From Eledone cirrhosa (lineage: Eukaryota): a stretch of 64,000 bases of DNA. The notes under the pieces are model-generated. The model was not told where the DNA came from. It saw only the letters and a program-made list of their open reading frames with translations, and made no database searches. Location of the stretch: NCBI GenBank assembly GCA_964016885.1, contig CAXHJY010000992.1, positions 62,001 to 126,000 of the forward strand, read 5' to 3'. This document shows, piece by piece, positions 13,358-26,900 of the stretch (position 1 is the first letter of the stretch; each line of letters opens with the position of its first letter). A program made the position numbers and the translations under genes.

Positions 13358-13499
13358 TTAATAAAAGACTGGCTGTAATCCCAACAGTCATCACATGTAG
13401 CTTATAGTAACTATGGATGAAATTTCAATGGATGGGTGAACAAAGACAACTGAACAGGGTGAGTATGTAAGGTGTCTACTATATGTCATCTCTAGGTCC

Positions 13500-13990
13500 A
13501 TACAAAAACTGGTTCTTCTTCTCCCACATATTCCTGAGAGGATCGTAGATGCAAAGTCCTCAAACACTCCTTCCAGCAGGTCCTGTCAGAAGCAACCATC
13601 TCCAAATGATCCAGTTGGATCACCAAGTGAGACCAGCCAAGGCTCATGGATGTTATTCAACCATATTGCTTGGGGTCTACCCCTGGGTATCCTGCCGGTT
13701 GGTTTTGCCCTTAAAATCTGTCCAGCGGGTTTCCTGAGACATTCTAACCTCATGTCCATAGCATTGGAGCTGTGATCTCTCAATTCAGAGAAGTAGTGGC
13801 TCTACCTGGAGTGACTCTCTCATCTCCGAGCTATATACACTATCAAATAACATTACTCCAAAGACCATTCAGAGGAACCCCATTTCAGCCGCTTGTATTC
13901 GCAATCGTATTCTTTTGGTCATTACTCAAGATTCGTGACCATAATTAAGGGTTGGTACGAATACTGAATTGAAGATAGCTAGTTTTACAG
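13500..13990 (-). mobile_element. Old RTE (Expander-like) LINE 3' fragment, decayed
   Basis: Minus-strand translation fragments resemble the RTE C-terminus (IERSQLQCYGH.VRM; RAKPTGRIPRGRP..W) with frameshifts. Confidence 0.7.
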
Positions 13991-14356
13991 TGAAAATTTA
14001 ATAAAATAATTTCTAAAGAATTACAGTGTTCCTGTCGTTTGGTGAGCTACACCTACTGATGGCTCCTATTTACAGCTAGAACTGGAGTCAGATATTGGTC
14101 ATTACCATTGACTCCTTGGTTGGTAGTCAGACACCCCACTTCCATCCCCACCCCAATAACTCATCCATCCGGGGAGTTTCTGTAATTAAAATTCCATTTT
14201 GAATGAGTAAACCAAAAATGATGTTTAGCTACAAACATAACCCTATATATAACCCCATATAACCTACAATATTAAACCCTGCTAGCTCATGTTACAAGGA
14301 TTATTATTAAGATACAACAGGAGCTAACACAGACCAGTTTCTTTGTTTTTAAGATA

Positions 14357-14468
14357 AATCCATCACAGGGTTAAACCCCCAGATATTGCTGGTACTCATT
14401 TTCAGCTGAGTATACTGGGGCAACATGAAATGAAATGTTTTGCTCCAGAAGAGTCCAGCAATTGAACC
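14357..14468 (-). mobile_element. Partial SINE, near-identical to 19973-20080
   Basis: CCATCACAGGGTTAAACCCCCAGATATTGCTGGTACTCATTTTCAGCTGAGTATACTGG shared between the two loci. Confidence 0.8.
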
Positions 14469-14825
14469 AGAAGGACGTGTGTTTTTTTCCTGCCGGCAGC
14501 ATATCACAAAATCGAATTTCATCTGAGGATATCGTTCTCTTAACAGCAACAAATGCATGAATTACATCTTGATTGCATGGAAGAACCATTGGAATAATTA
14601 TAATGAATAAATGATTTATGTAAGATGAGCATCTTTATTAGTGTTATTATCATAATGAATCTCCATCGTAACAACAAACTACGAATGTTGAGACCTTTCT
14701 CCTGCTTGCTCTTGTTTTTGCCAAAACAATCTCTTCGGAACACACATATATATATATACACATACACACATATACACAAGCCACTATATATACACATACA
14801 TGTTTTTTTCATCAGTGTGTATATA

Positions 14826-14881
<56 letters not shown>

Positions 14882-15034
14882 TAGAGAGAAGAACCAAGTT
14901 ATACTTAAAACATATCTTTATTCTATGTTTCAATAAAGAGCAGTGGGCCATACCGCAATACCAGCTATGAATTACTAGTTTGAATATATATGCACAAACG
15001 TGGAAAAGTAGACGTTAAGTGATTATGAACATTT

Positions 15035-18000
15035 ATGTAAACATGTAAATATAGATGTGTATGTAATGTAAACGTGTAAATATAGATGTGTATGTAATGT
15101 AAACATGTAAATATAGATGTGTATGTAATGTAAACATGTAAATATAGATGTGTATGTAATGTAAACATGTAAATATAGATGTGTATGTAATGTATACATG
15201 TAAATATAGATGTGTATGTAATGTATACATGTAAATATAGATGTGTATGTAATGTATACATGTAAATATAGATGTGTATGTAATGTATACATGTAAATAT
15301 AGATGTGTATGTAATGTAAACGTGTATGTAATGTAAACATGTAAATATAGATGTGTATGTAATGTATACATGTAAATATAGATGTGTATGTAATGTAAAC
15401 GTGTATGTAATGTAAACATGTAAATATAGATGTGTATGTAATGTATACATGTAAATATAGATGTGTATGTAATGTAAACGTGTATGTAATGTAAACATGT
15501 AAATATAGATGTGTATGTAATGTAAACATGTAAATATAGATGTGTATATAATGTAAACGTGTATGTAATGTAAACATGTAAATATAGAGGTGTATGTAAT
15601 GTAAACATGTAAATATAGATGTGTATGTAATGTATACATGTAAATATAGATGTGTATGTAATGTAAACGTGTATGTAATGTAAACATGTAAATATAGATG
15701 TGTATGTAATGTAAACATGTAAATATAGATGTGTATATAATGTAAACGTGTATGTAATGTAAACATGTAAATATAGAGGTGTATGTAATGTAAACATGTA
15801 AATATAGATGTGTATGTAATGTAAACATGTAATATAGAGGTGTATGTAAATATAGAGGTGTATGTAAATATAGAGGTGTATGTAATATAGAGGTGTATGT
15901 AATATAGAGGTGTATGTAATATAGAGGTGTATGTAATATAGAGGTGTATGTAATGTAGAGGTGTATGTAATATAGAGGTGTATGTAATATAGAGGTGTAT
16001 GTAATATAGAGGTGTATGTAATATAGAGGTGTATGTAATATAGAGGTGTATGTAATATAGAGGTGTATGTAATATAGAGGTGTATGTAATATAGAGCTGT
16101 ATGTAATATAGAGCTGTATGTAATATAGAGGTGTATGTAATATAGAGCTGTATGTAATATAGAGGTGTATGTAATATAGAGGTGTATGTAATATAGAGGT
16201 GTATGTAATATAGAGCTGTATGTAATATAGAGCTGTATGTAATATAGAGGTGTATGTAATATAGAGGTGTATGTAATATAGAGGTGTATGTAATATAGAT
16301 GTGTATGTAATATAGAGGTGTATGTAATATAGAGCTGTATGTAATATAGAGGTGTATGTAATATAGAGCTGTATGTAATGTAGAGGTGTATGTAATATAG
16401 AGGTGTATGTAAATATAGAGCTGTATGTAATATAGAGGTGTATGTAATATAGAGCTGTATGTAATATAGAGGTGTATGTAAATATAGAGCTGTATGTAAT
16501 ATAGAGGTGTATGTAATATAGAGCTGTATGTAATATAGAGGTGTATGTAATATAGATGTGTATGTAGTATAGAGGTGTATGTAAATATAGAGGTGTATGT
16601 AATATAGAGGTGTATGTAATATAGATGTGTATGTAGTATAGAGGTGTATGTAAATATAGATGTGTATGTAATATAGAGGTGTATGTAATATAGATGTGTA
16701 TGTAGTATAGAGGTGTATGTAGTATAGAACTGTATGTAATATAGAGGTGTATGTAATATAGAGCTGTATGTAATATAGAGGTGTATGTAATATAGAGGTG
16801 TATGTAGTATAGAGGTGTATGTAAATATAGAGGTGTATGTAATATAGAGCTGTATGTAATATAGAGGTGTATGTAATATAGAGGTGTATGTAATATAGAG
16901 CTGTATGTAATATAGAGGTGTATGTAATATAGAGGTGTATGTAATATAGATGTGTATGTAATATAGATGTGTATGTAATATAGAGGTCTATGTAATATAG
17001 AGGTGTATGTAATATAGAGCTGTATGTAATATAGAGGTGTATGTAGTATAGAGGTGTATGTAAATATAGAGGTGTATGTAATATAGAGCTGTATGTAATA
17101 TAGAGGTGTATGTAATATAGAGGTGTATGTAATATAGAGGTGTATGTAATATAGAGGTGTATGTAATATAGAGCTGTATGTAATATAGAGGTGTATGTAA
17201 TATAGATGTGTATGTAATATAGATGTGTATGTAATATAGAGGTGTATGTAATATAGAGGTGTATGTAATATAGAGCTGTATGTAATATAGAGGTGTATGT
17301 AATATAGAGGTGTATGTAATATAGAGCTGTATGTAATATAGAGGTGTATGTAATATAGAGGTCTATGTAATATAGAGGTGTATGTAAATATAGAGGTGTA
17401 TGTAATATAGAGCTGTATGTAATATAGAGGTGTATGTAATATAGAGCTGTATGTAATATAGAGCTGTATGTAGTATAGAGGTGTATGTAGTATAGATGTG
17501 TATGTAATATAGAGGTGTATGTAATATAGAGGTGTATGTAATATAGAGCTGTATGTAATATAGAGGTGTATGTAATATAGAGGTGTATGTAATATAGAAC
17601 TGTATGTAATATAGAGGTGTATGTAATATAGAACTGTATGTAATATAGAGCTGTATGTAATATAGATGTGTATGTAATATAGAGGTGTATGTAGTATAGA
17701 GGTGTATGTAATATAGAGGTGTATGTAATATAGAGCTGTATGTAATATAGAGGTGTATGTAATATAGAGCTGTATGTAATATAGATGTGTATGTAATATA
17801 GAGGTGTATGTAGTATAGATGTGTATGTAATATAGAGGTCTATGTAATATAGAGCTGTATGTAATATAGAGGTGTATGTAATATAGAGGTGTATGTAATA
17901 TAGAGGTGTATGTAATATAGAGGTGTATGTAATATAGAGGTGTATGTAATATAGAGGTGTATGTAATATAGAGGTGTATGTAATATAGAGGTCTATGTAA

Positions 18001-19165
18001 TATAGAGGTGTATGTAATATAGAGGTCTATGTAATATAGAGGTGTATGTAATATAGAGGTGTATGTAATATAGATGTGTATGTAATATAGAGGTGTATGT
18101 AATATAGAGGTGTATGTAATATAGAGCTGTATGTAATATAGATGTGTATGTAATATAGAGGTGTATGTAGTATAGATGTGTATGTAATATAGAGGTGTAT
18201 GTAGTATAGATGTGTATGTAATATAGAGGTCTATGTAATATAGAGGTGTATGTAATGTAGAGGTGTATGTAGTATAGAGCTGTATGTAATATAGAGCTGT
18301 ATGTAATATAGAGGTGTATGTAATATAGAGGTGTATGTAGTATAGAGGTGTATGTAATATAGAGGTGTATGTAATATAGAGGTGTATGTAATATAGAGCT
18401 GTATGTAATATAGATGTGTATGTAATATAGAGGTCTATGTAATATAGAGCTGTATGTAATATAGAGGTGTATGTAATATAGAGGTGTATGTAATATAGAG
18501 CTGTATGTAATATAGATGTGTATGTAATATAGAGGTGTATGTAATATAGAGGTGTATGTAATATAGAGCTGTATGTAGTATAGAGGTGTATGTAATATAG
18601 AGGTGTATGTAATATAGAGGTGTATGTAATATAGAGGTGTATGTAATATAGAGGTGTATGTAATATAGAGCTGTATGTAGTATAGAGGTGTATGTAATAT
18701 AGATGTGTATGTAGTATAGAGGTGTATGTAATATAGAGGTCTATGTAATATAGAGCTGTATGTAATATAGATGTGTATGTAATATAGAGGTGTATGTAAT
18801 ATAGAGGTCTATGTAATATAGATGTGTATGTAATATAGAGGTGTATGTAATATAGAGGTGTATGTAATATAGAGGTGTATGTAATATAGAGGTGTATGTA
18901 ATATAGAGGTGTATGTAATATAGAACTGTATGTAATATAGATGTGTATGTAATATAGAGGTGTATGTAATATAGAGGTGTATGTAATGTAGAGGTGTATG
19001 TAATATAGAGCTGTATGTAGTATAGAGGTGTATGTAATATAGAGGTGTATGTAGTATAGAGGTGTATGTAATATAGAGGTGTATGTAATATAGAGGTGTA
19101 TGTAATATAGAGCTGTATGTAGTATAGAGGTGTATGTAATATAGAGGTGTATGTAATGTAAACGT
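15035..19165. repeat. Minisatellite: 31-bp unit (15035-15830) grading into 17-bp unit GTAATATAGAGGTGTAT (15830-19165)
   Basis: Directly visible; the 1407-aa ORF is its periodic translation. Confidence 0.98.
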
Positions 19166-19469
19166 ATCATCATCATTGTTTTTGTCACTTTTAAGATCGA
19201 TTTTCTACACTTGAGGACTATGCATAGGTAGATGAGTATTGGAAATAAATACTGAGCTTGGTGTAGAAATAAACAATGCTGCGTGGCAGGAGAAATCTGT
19301 TAACATTGATAATTTAACAGAGATGAAGCTGATAAAGGGATGTAACAGCAACAAGGTGAAGAAGCAGAATAAATGTCATGGTAAAAAGCAGAGAAGCTAC
19401 CGAGGAAATAGTAAAGTAGGGGAGGAGTTATTAAAATAAAGTAGCCCTAAGTAGAGAGGCACAACAGGC

Positions 19470-19685
19470 TGGAGTTTATCCCAGTTTTACTGGCATTAAT
19501 TGATAGAGAGTTCCATTCTCCCCCACTGGATAGGACTCCAATCTATCATAAGGTGAACCACCTACTACTGTAGATGCTCATTTTTAGTCAGGGGACTGAG
19601 TGGATGTGAAATGAAGTGTCTTGTCCAAGGTTTGAACCTATGACCTTCTGATTGTGAACCCATTACTCTAACCATGTGGCAACAA
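19470..19685 (-). mobile_element. Degenerate tRNA-derived SINE
   Basis: Minus strand: TGGTTAGAG...GGTTCAAACC (A/B-box-like) followed by TTGGACAAGACACTTCATTTCACA core. Confidence 0.65.
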
Positions 19686-19884
19686 ACCTTCTCAGAAGGA
19701 GAAATTATGAAATAATGAGGATAGGGATATGCAATGAGATGAAAAGGTAGAGAAAATTATCAGAGGTCAACATACAAAAGATTATATTAAGCTGCATGTA
19801 TCTGGTTGAGAATAAACACACTGTATCCCTGCATATGTTGATGAGAGACATGTGTGGAACCGGTCATTATCTCTAAAGTCTGTC

Positions 19885-20135
19885 AGAGGTTCATCAGGCT
19901 GGTACTTATCCTAGTTTCCATGGTGTGAAGCAACTGACAGAACAAGACTCTCCCTTTCAACAGGACACCAGGCCATCACAGGGTTAAACCCCCAGATATT
20001 GCTGGTACTCATTTTCAGCTGAGTATACTGGAGCAACATGAAATGAAATGTTTTGCTCCAGAACAGTCCAGCAATTGAACCCATGACATTATGATCATAC
20101 ATCCAACACCCTTACCACTAGGCCATGTACCTCCA
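19885..20135 (-). mobile_element. tRNA-derived SINE
   Basis: Minus strand: TGGCCTAGTGG (A box), GGTTCAATT (B box), core GAGCAAAACATTTCATTTCATGTTGCTCCAGT. Confidence 0.8.
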
Positions 20136-20979
20136 CTTCTGTCATTGTATGTGTGAGGCTAATCACCTGAAATCCCTCTTGCTATTCTGGATATAGACTA
20201 AACCACATTTCAGCTTTAGATATCTGAATGCCTTACTGTCGTATTTCAATGTAGAGAGAGAGGGAGAGAGAGAGAGAGAGATATTAGAAAGAGAGAAGTG
20301 GGGAGAAAGAAAAAAACAAGGTAAAACGAGAGATAAAGATAGAAAGAAAAAGCAGCAAAGAATGAGAATGGAAGAACAAAATAGGGAGATGTAGAGAAAC
20401 TGTTTTGATGTGGAAGACATGAGATGAAACGTGTGTATATATAGAAGGAGTTAATATAATGTAGAGTAAGAGGAGTGTATACATCTGAACATACACCACC
20501 CTTGTTATCATTGACAAACCTCAATATATTTGGAATAGAATGACAAGATGAGGTGCCCTCACTGTTAACAATGAAGTAACAAATTCAAAACTTGCCAATA
20601 GTGCAAATATGTGTGTGGTCTATTTCATGTAAGAAATGGATAATGCTATTTTACAGCTAGTGTACATACAGACACACCATTACAGCATGGACATTATATA
20701 TATAAATTTTCTTACTGGTAATAAGGTGGTAATGAATTACTGACCTTTCCTGTTTATAATTATATATAGTCTATATATAAGTATAAATAATAATATTATT
20801 ATTATATATATATATAATCATCATTATTTAATGTCTATCTTCCAAGCTAGCATGAGGTAGACAGGTTTGTCCCATTTGAGGCAAGTTTGGTCGGGTGACC
20901 GTGTCTCGCTTATATATATATATTACTAAAGACTTGAATTATTTCTTAAACAGAAATATTTCCATAGAGAAACAAACAT

Positions 20980-23900
20980 AGACAGAAGTACACACTACAG
21001 AGACAGAAGTACACAACAGAGATAGAAGTACACACAACAGAGACAGAAGTACACAACAGAGACAGAAGTACACACAACAGAGACAGAAGTAGAAACAACA
21101 GAGACAGAAGTACACAACAGAGACAGAAGTAGACAACAGAGACAGAAGTACACAACAGAGACAGAAGTACACAACAGAGACAGAAGTACACACAACAGAG
21201 ACAGAAGTAGACACAACAGAGAGAGAAGTAGACACAACAGAGACAGAAGTACACGCAACAGAGACAGAAGTAGACTCAACAGAGACAGAAGTAGACACAA
21301 CAGAGACAGAAGTACACACAACAGAGACAGAAGTACACAACAGAGACGGAAGTACACGCAACAGAGACAGAAGTAGACACAACAGAGACAGAAGTAGACA
21401 CAACAGAGACAGAAGTAGACACAACAGAGACAGAAGTAGACAACAGAGACAGAAGTAGACAACAGAGACAGAAGTACACAACAGAGACAGAAGTACACAC
21501 AACAGAGACAGAAGTAGACACAACAGAGAGAGAAGTAGACACAACAGAGACAGAATTACACGCAACAGAGACAGAAGTAGACTCAACAGAGACAGAAGTA
21601 GACACAACAGAGACAGAAGTACACACAACAGAGACAGAAGTACACAACAGAGACGGAAGTACACGCAACAGAGACAGAAGTAGACACAACAGAGACAGAA
21701 GTAGACACAACAGAGACAGAAGTAGACAACAGAGACAGAAGTACACAACAGAGACAGAAGTACACGCAACAGAGACAGAAGTAGACACAACAGAGACAGA
21801 AGTAGACACAACAGAGACAGAAGTACACGCAACAGAGACAGAAGTAGACACAACAGAGACAGAAGTAGACACAACAGAAACAGAAGTACACACAACAGAG
21901 ACAGAAGTACACACAACAGAGACAGAAGTACACACAACAGAGACAGAAGTACACAACAGAGACAGAAGTAGACACAACAGAGACAGAAGTAGACACAACA
22001 GAGACAGAAGTAGACACAACAGAGACAGAAGTACACACAACAGAGACAGAAGTAGACACAACAGAGACAGAAGTAGACACAACAGAGACAGAAGTACACA
22101 CAACAGATACAGAAGTACACACAACAGAGACAGAAGTACACAACAGAGACAGAAGTAGACACAACAGAGACAGAAGTACACAACAGAGACAGAAGTAGAC
22201 ACAACAGAGACAGAAGTAGACACAACAGAGACAGAAGTAGACACAACAGAGACAGAAGTACACACAACAGAGAGAGAAGTAGACAACAGAGACAGAAGTA
22301 CACAACAGAGACAGAAGTAGACACAAGAGAGACAGAAGTAGACACAACAGAGACAGAAGTAGACAACAGAGAAAGAAGTACACACAACAGAGACAAAAGT
22401 AGACAACAGAGACAGAAGTAGACAACAGAGACAGAAGTAGACAACAGAGACAGAAGTAGACACAACAGAGACAGAAGTAGACACAACAGAGACAGAAGTA
22501 CACAGCAGAGACAGAAGTACACACAACAGAGACAGAAGTACACACAACAGAGACAGAAGTACACACAACAGAGACAGAAGTACACAACAGAGACAGAAGT
22601 ACACAACAGAGACAGAAGTACACAACAGAGACAGAAGTAGACACAACAGAGACAGAAGTACACACAACAGAGACAGAAGTACACAACAGAGACAGAAGTA
22701 CACACAACAGAGACAGAAGTAGACACAACAGAGACAGAAGTACACACAACAGAGACAGAAGTACACACAACAGAGACAGAAGTACACAACAGAGACAGAA
22801 GTACACACAACAGAGACAGAAGTAGACACAACAGAGACAGAAGTACACAACAGAGACAGAAGTACACACAACAGAGACAGAAGTACACACAACAGAGACA
22901 GAAGTACACACAACAGAGACAGAAGTACACACAACAGAGACAGAAGTACACACAACAGAGACAGAAGTACACAACAGAGACAGAAGTAGACACAACAGAG
23001 ACAGAAGTAGACAACAGAGACAGAAGTAGACAACAGAGACAGAAGTACACAACAGAGACAGAAGTACACACAACAGAGACAGAAGTACACACAACAGAGA
23101 CAGAAGTAGACACAACAGAGACAGAAGTAGACACAACAGAGACAGAAGTAGACACAACAGAGAGAGAAGTAGACAACAGAGACAGAAGTACACAACAGAG
23201 ACAGAAGTACACACAACAGAGACAGAAGTAGACACAACAGAGACAGAAGTACACACAACAGAGACAGAAGTACACACAACAGAGACAGAAGTACACACAA
23301 CAGAGACAGAAGTAGACACAACAGAGACAGAAGTACACACAACAGAGACAGAAGTACACAACAGAGACAGAAGTAGACACAACAGAGACAGAAGTAGACA
23401 CAACAGAGACAGAAGTAGACAACAGAGACAGAAGTACACACAACAGAGACAGAAGTAGACACAACAGAGACAGAAGTACACACAACAGAGACAGAAGAAG
23501 ACACAACAGAGACAGAAGTACACAACAGAGACAGAAGTAGACACAACAGAGACAGAAGTACACACAACAGAGAGAGAAGTACACACAACAGAGACAGAAG
23601 TAGACACAACAGAGACAGAAGTAGACACAACAGAGACAGAAGTAGACACAACAGAGACAGAAGTAGACACAACAGAGACAGAAGTAGACACAACAGAGAC
23701 AGAAGTACACAACAGAGACAGAAGTAGACACAACAGAGACAGAAGTACACACAACAGAGAGAGAAGTAGACAACAGAGACAGAAGTACACAACAGAGACA
23801 GAAGTAGACACAACAGAGACAGAAGTAGACACAACAGAGACAGAAGTACACAACAGAGACAGAAGTACACACAACAGAGACAGAAGTACACAACAGAGAC

Positions 23901-26900
23901 AGAAGTAGACACAACAGAGACAGAAGTAGACACAACAGAGACAGAAGTACACACAACAGAGACAGAAGTACACACAACAGAAACAGAAGTAGACACAACA
24001 GAAACAGAAGTACACAACAGAGACAGAAGTACACAACAGAGACAGAAGTACACAACAGAGACAGAAGTACACAACAGAGACAGAAGTAGACACAACAGAG
24101 ACAGAAGTAGACACAACAGAGACAGAAGTACACACAACAGAGACAGAAGTACACACAAAAGAGACAGAAGTACACACAACAGAGACAGAAGTAGACACAA
24201 CAGAGACAGAAGTAGACACAACAGAGACAGAAGTAGACACAACAGAGACAGAAGTACACACAACAGAGACAGAAGTACACACAACAGAGACAGAAGTACA
24301 CACAACAGAGACAGAAGTAGACACAACAGAGACAGAAGTAGACACAACAGAGACAGAAGTACACACAACAGAAACAGAAGTAGACACAACAGAAACAGAA
24401 GTACACAACAGAGACAGAAGTACACAACAGAGACAGAAGTACACAACAGAGACAGAATTAGACACAACAGAGACAGAAGTACACAACAGAGACAGAAGTA
24501 GACACAACAGAGACAGAAGTAGACACAACAGAGACAGAAGTACACACAACAGAGGCAGAAGTACACACAACAGAGACAGAAGTACACACAACAGAGACAG
24601 AAGTAGACAACAGAGACAGAAGTAGACAACAGAGACAGAAGTACACAACAGAGACAGAAGTACACACAACAGAGACAGAAGTAGACACAACAGAGAGAGA
24701 AGTAGACACAACAGAGACAGAATTACACGCAACAGAGACAGAAGTAGACTCAACAGAGACAGAAGTAGACACAACAGAGACAGAAGTACACACAACAGAG
24801 ACAGAAGTACACAACAGAGACGGAAGTACACGCAACAGAGACAGAAGTAGACACAACAGAGACAGAAGTAGACACAACAGAGACAGAAGTAGACAACAGA
24901 GACAGAAGTACACAACAGAGACAGAAGTACACGCAACAGAGACAGAAGTAGACACAACAGAGACAGAAGTAGACACAACAGAGACAGAAGTACACGCAAC
25001 AGAGACAGAAGTAGACACAACAGAGACAGAAGTAGACACAACAGAAACAGAAGTACACACAACAGAGACAGAAGTACACACAACAGAGACAGAAGTACAC
25101 ACAACAGAGACAGAAGTACACAACAGAGACAGAAGTAGACACAACAGAGACAGAAGTAGACACAACAGAGACAGAAGTAGACACAACAGAGACAGAAGTA
25201 CACACAACAGAGACAGAAGTAGACACAACAGAGACAGAAGTAGACACAACAGAAACAGAAGTACACACAACAGATACAGAAGTACACACAACAGAGACAG
25301 AAGTACACAACAGAGACAGAAGTAGACACAACAGAGACAGAAGTACACAACAGAGACAGAAGTAGACACAACAGAGACAGAAGTAGACACAACAGAGACA
25401 GAAGTAGACACAACAGAGACAGAAGTACACACAACAGAGAGAGAAGTAGACAACAGAGACAGAAGTACACAACAGAGACAGAAGTAGACACAAGAGAGAC
25501 AGAAGTAGACACAACAGAGACAGAAGTAGACAACAGAGAAAGAAGTACACACAACAGAGACAAAAGTAGACAACAGAGACAGAAGTAGACAACAGAGACA
25601 GAAGTAGACAACAGAGACAGAAGTAGACACAACAGAGACAGAAGTAGACACAACAGAGACAGAAGTACACAGCAGAGACAGAAGTACACACAACAGAGAC
25701 AGAAGTACACACAACAGAGACAGAAGTACACACAACAGAGACAGAAGTACACAACAGAGACAGAAGTACACAACAGAGACAGAAGTACACAACAGAGACA
25801 GAAGTAGACACAACAGAGACAGAAGTACACACAACAGAGACAGAAGTACACAACAGAGACAGAAGTACACACAACAGAGACAGAAGTAGACACAACAGAG
25901 ACAGAAGTACACACAACAGAGACAGAAGTACACACAACAGAGACAGAAGTACACAACAGAGACAGAAGTACACACAACAGAGACAGAAGTAGACACAACA
26001 GAGACAGAAGTACACAACAGAGACAGAAGTACACACAACAGAGACAGAAGTACACACAACAGAGACAGAAGTACACACAACAGAGACAGAAGTACACACA
26101 ACAGAGACAGAAGTACACACAACAGAGACAGAAGTACACAACAGAGACAGAAGTAGACACAACAGAGACAGAAGTAGACAACAGAGACAGAAGTAGACAA
26201 CAGAGACAGAAGTACACAACAGAGACAGAAGTACACACAACAGAGACAGAAGTACACACAACAGAGACAGAAGTAGACACAACAGAGACAGAAGTAGACA
26301 CAACAGAGACAGAAGTAGACACAACAGAGAGAGAAGTAGACAACAGAGACAGAAGTACACAACAGAGACAGAAGTACACACAACAGAGACAGAAGTAGAC
26401 ACAACAGAGACAGAAGTACACACAACAGAGACAGAAGTACACACAACAGAGACAGAAGTACACACAACAGAGACAGAAGTAGACACAACAGAGACAGAAG
26501 TACACACAACAGAGACAGAAGTACACAACAGAGACAGAAGTAGACACAACAGAGACAGAAGTAGACACAACAGAGACAGAAGTAGACAACAGAGACAGAA
26601 GTACACACAACAGAGACAGAAGTAGACACAACAGAGACAGAAGTACACACAACAGAGACAGAAGAAGACACAACAGAGACAGAAGTACACAACAGAGACA
26701 GAAGTAGACACAACAGAGACAGAAGTACACACAACAGAGAGAGAAGTACACACAACAGAGACAGAAGTAGACACAACAGAGACAGAAGTAGACACAACAG
26801 AGACAGAAGTAGACACAACAGAGACAGAAGTAGACACAACAGAGACAGAAGTAGACACAACAGAGACAGAAGTACACAACAGAGACAGAAGTAGACACAA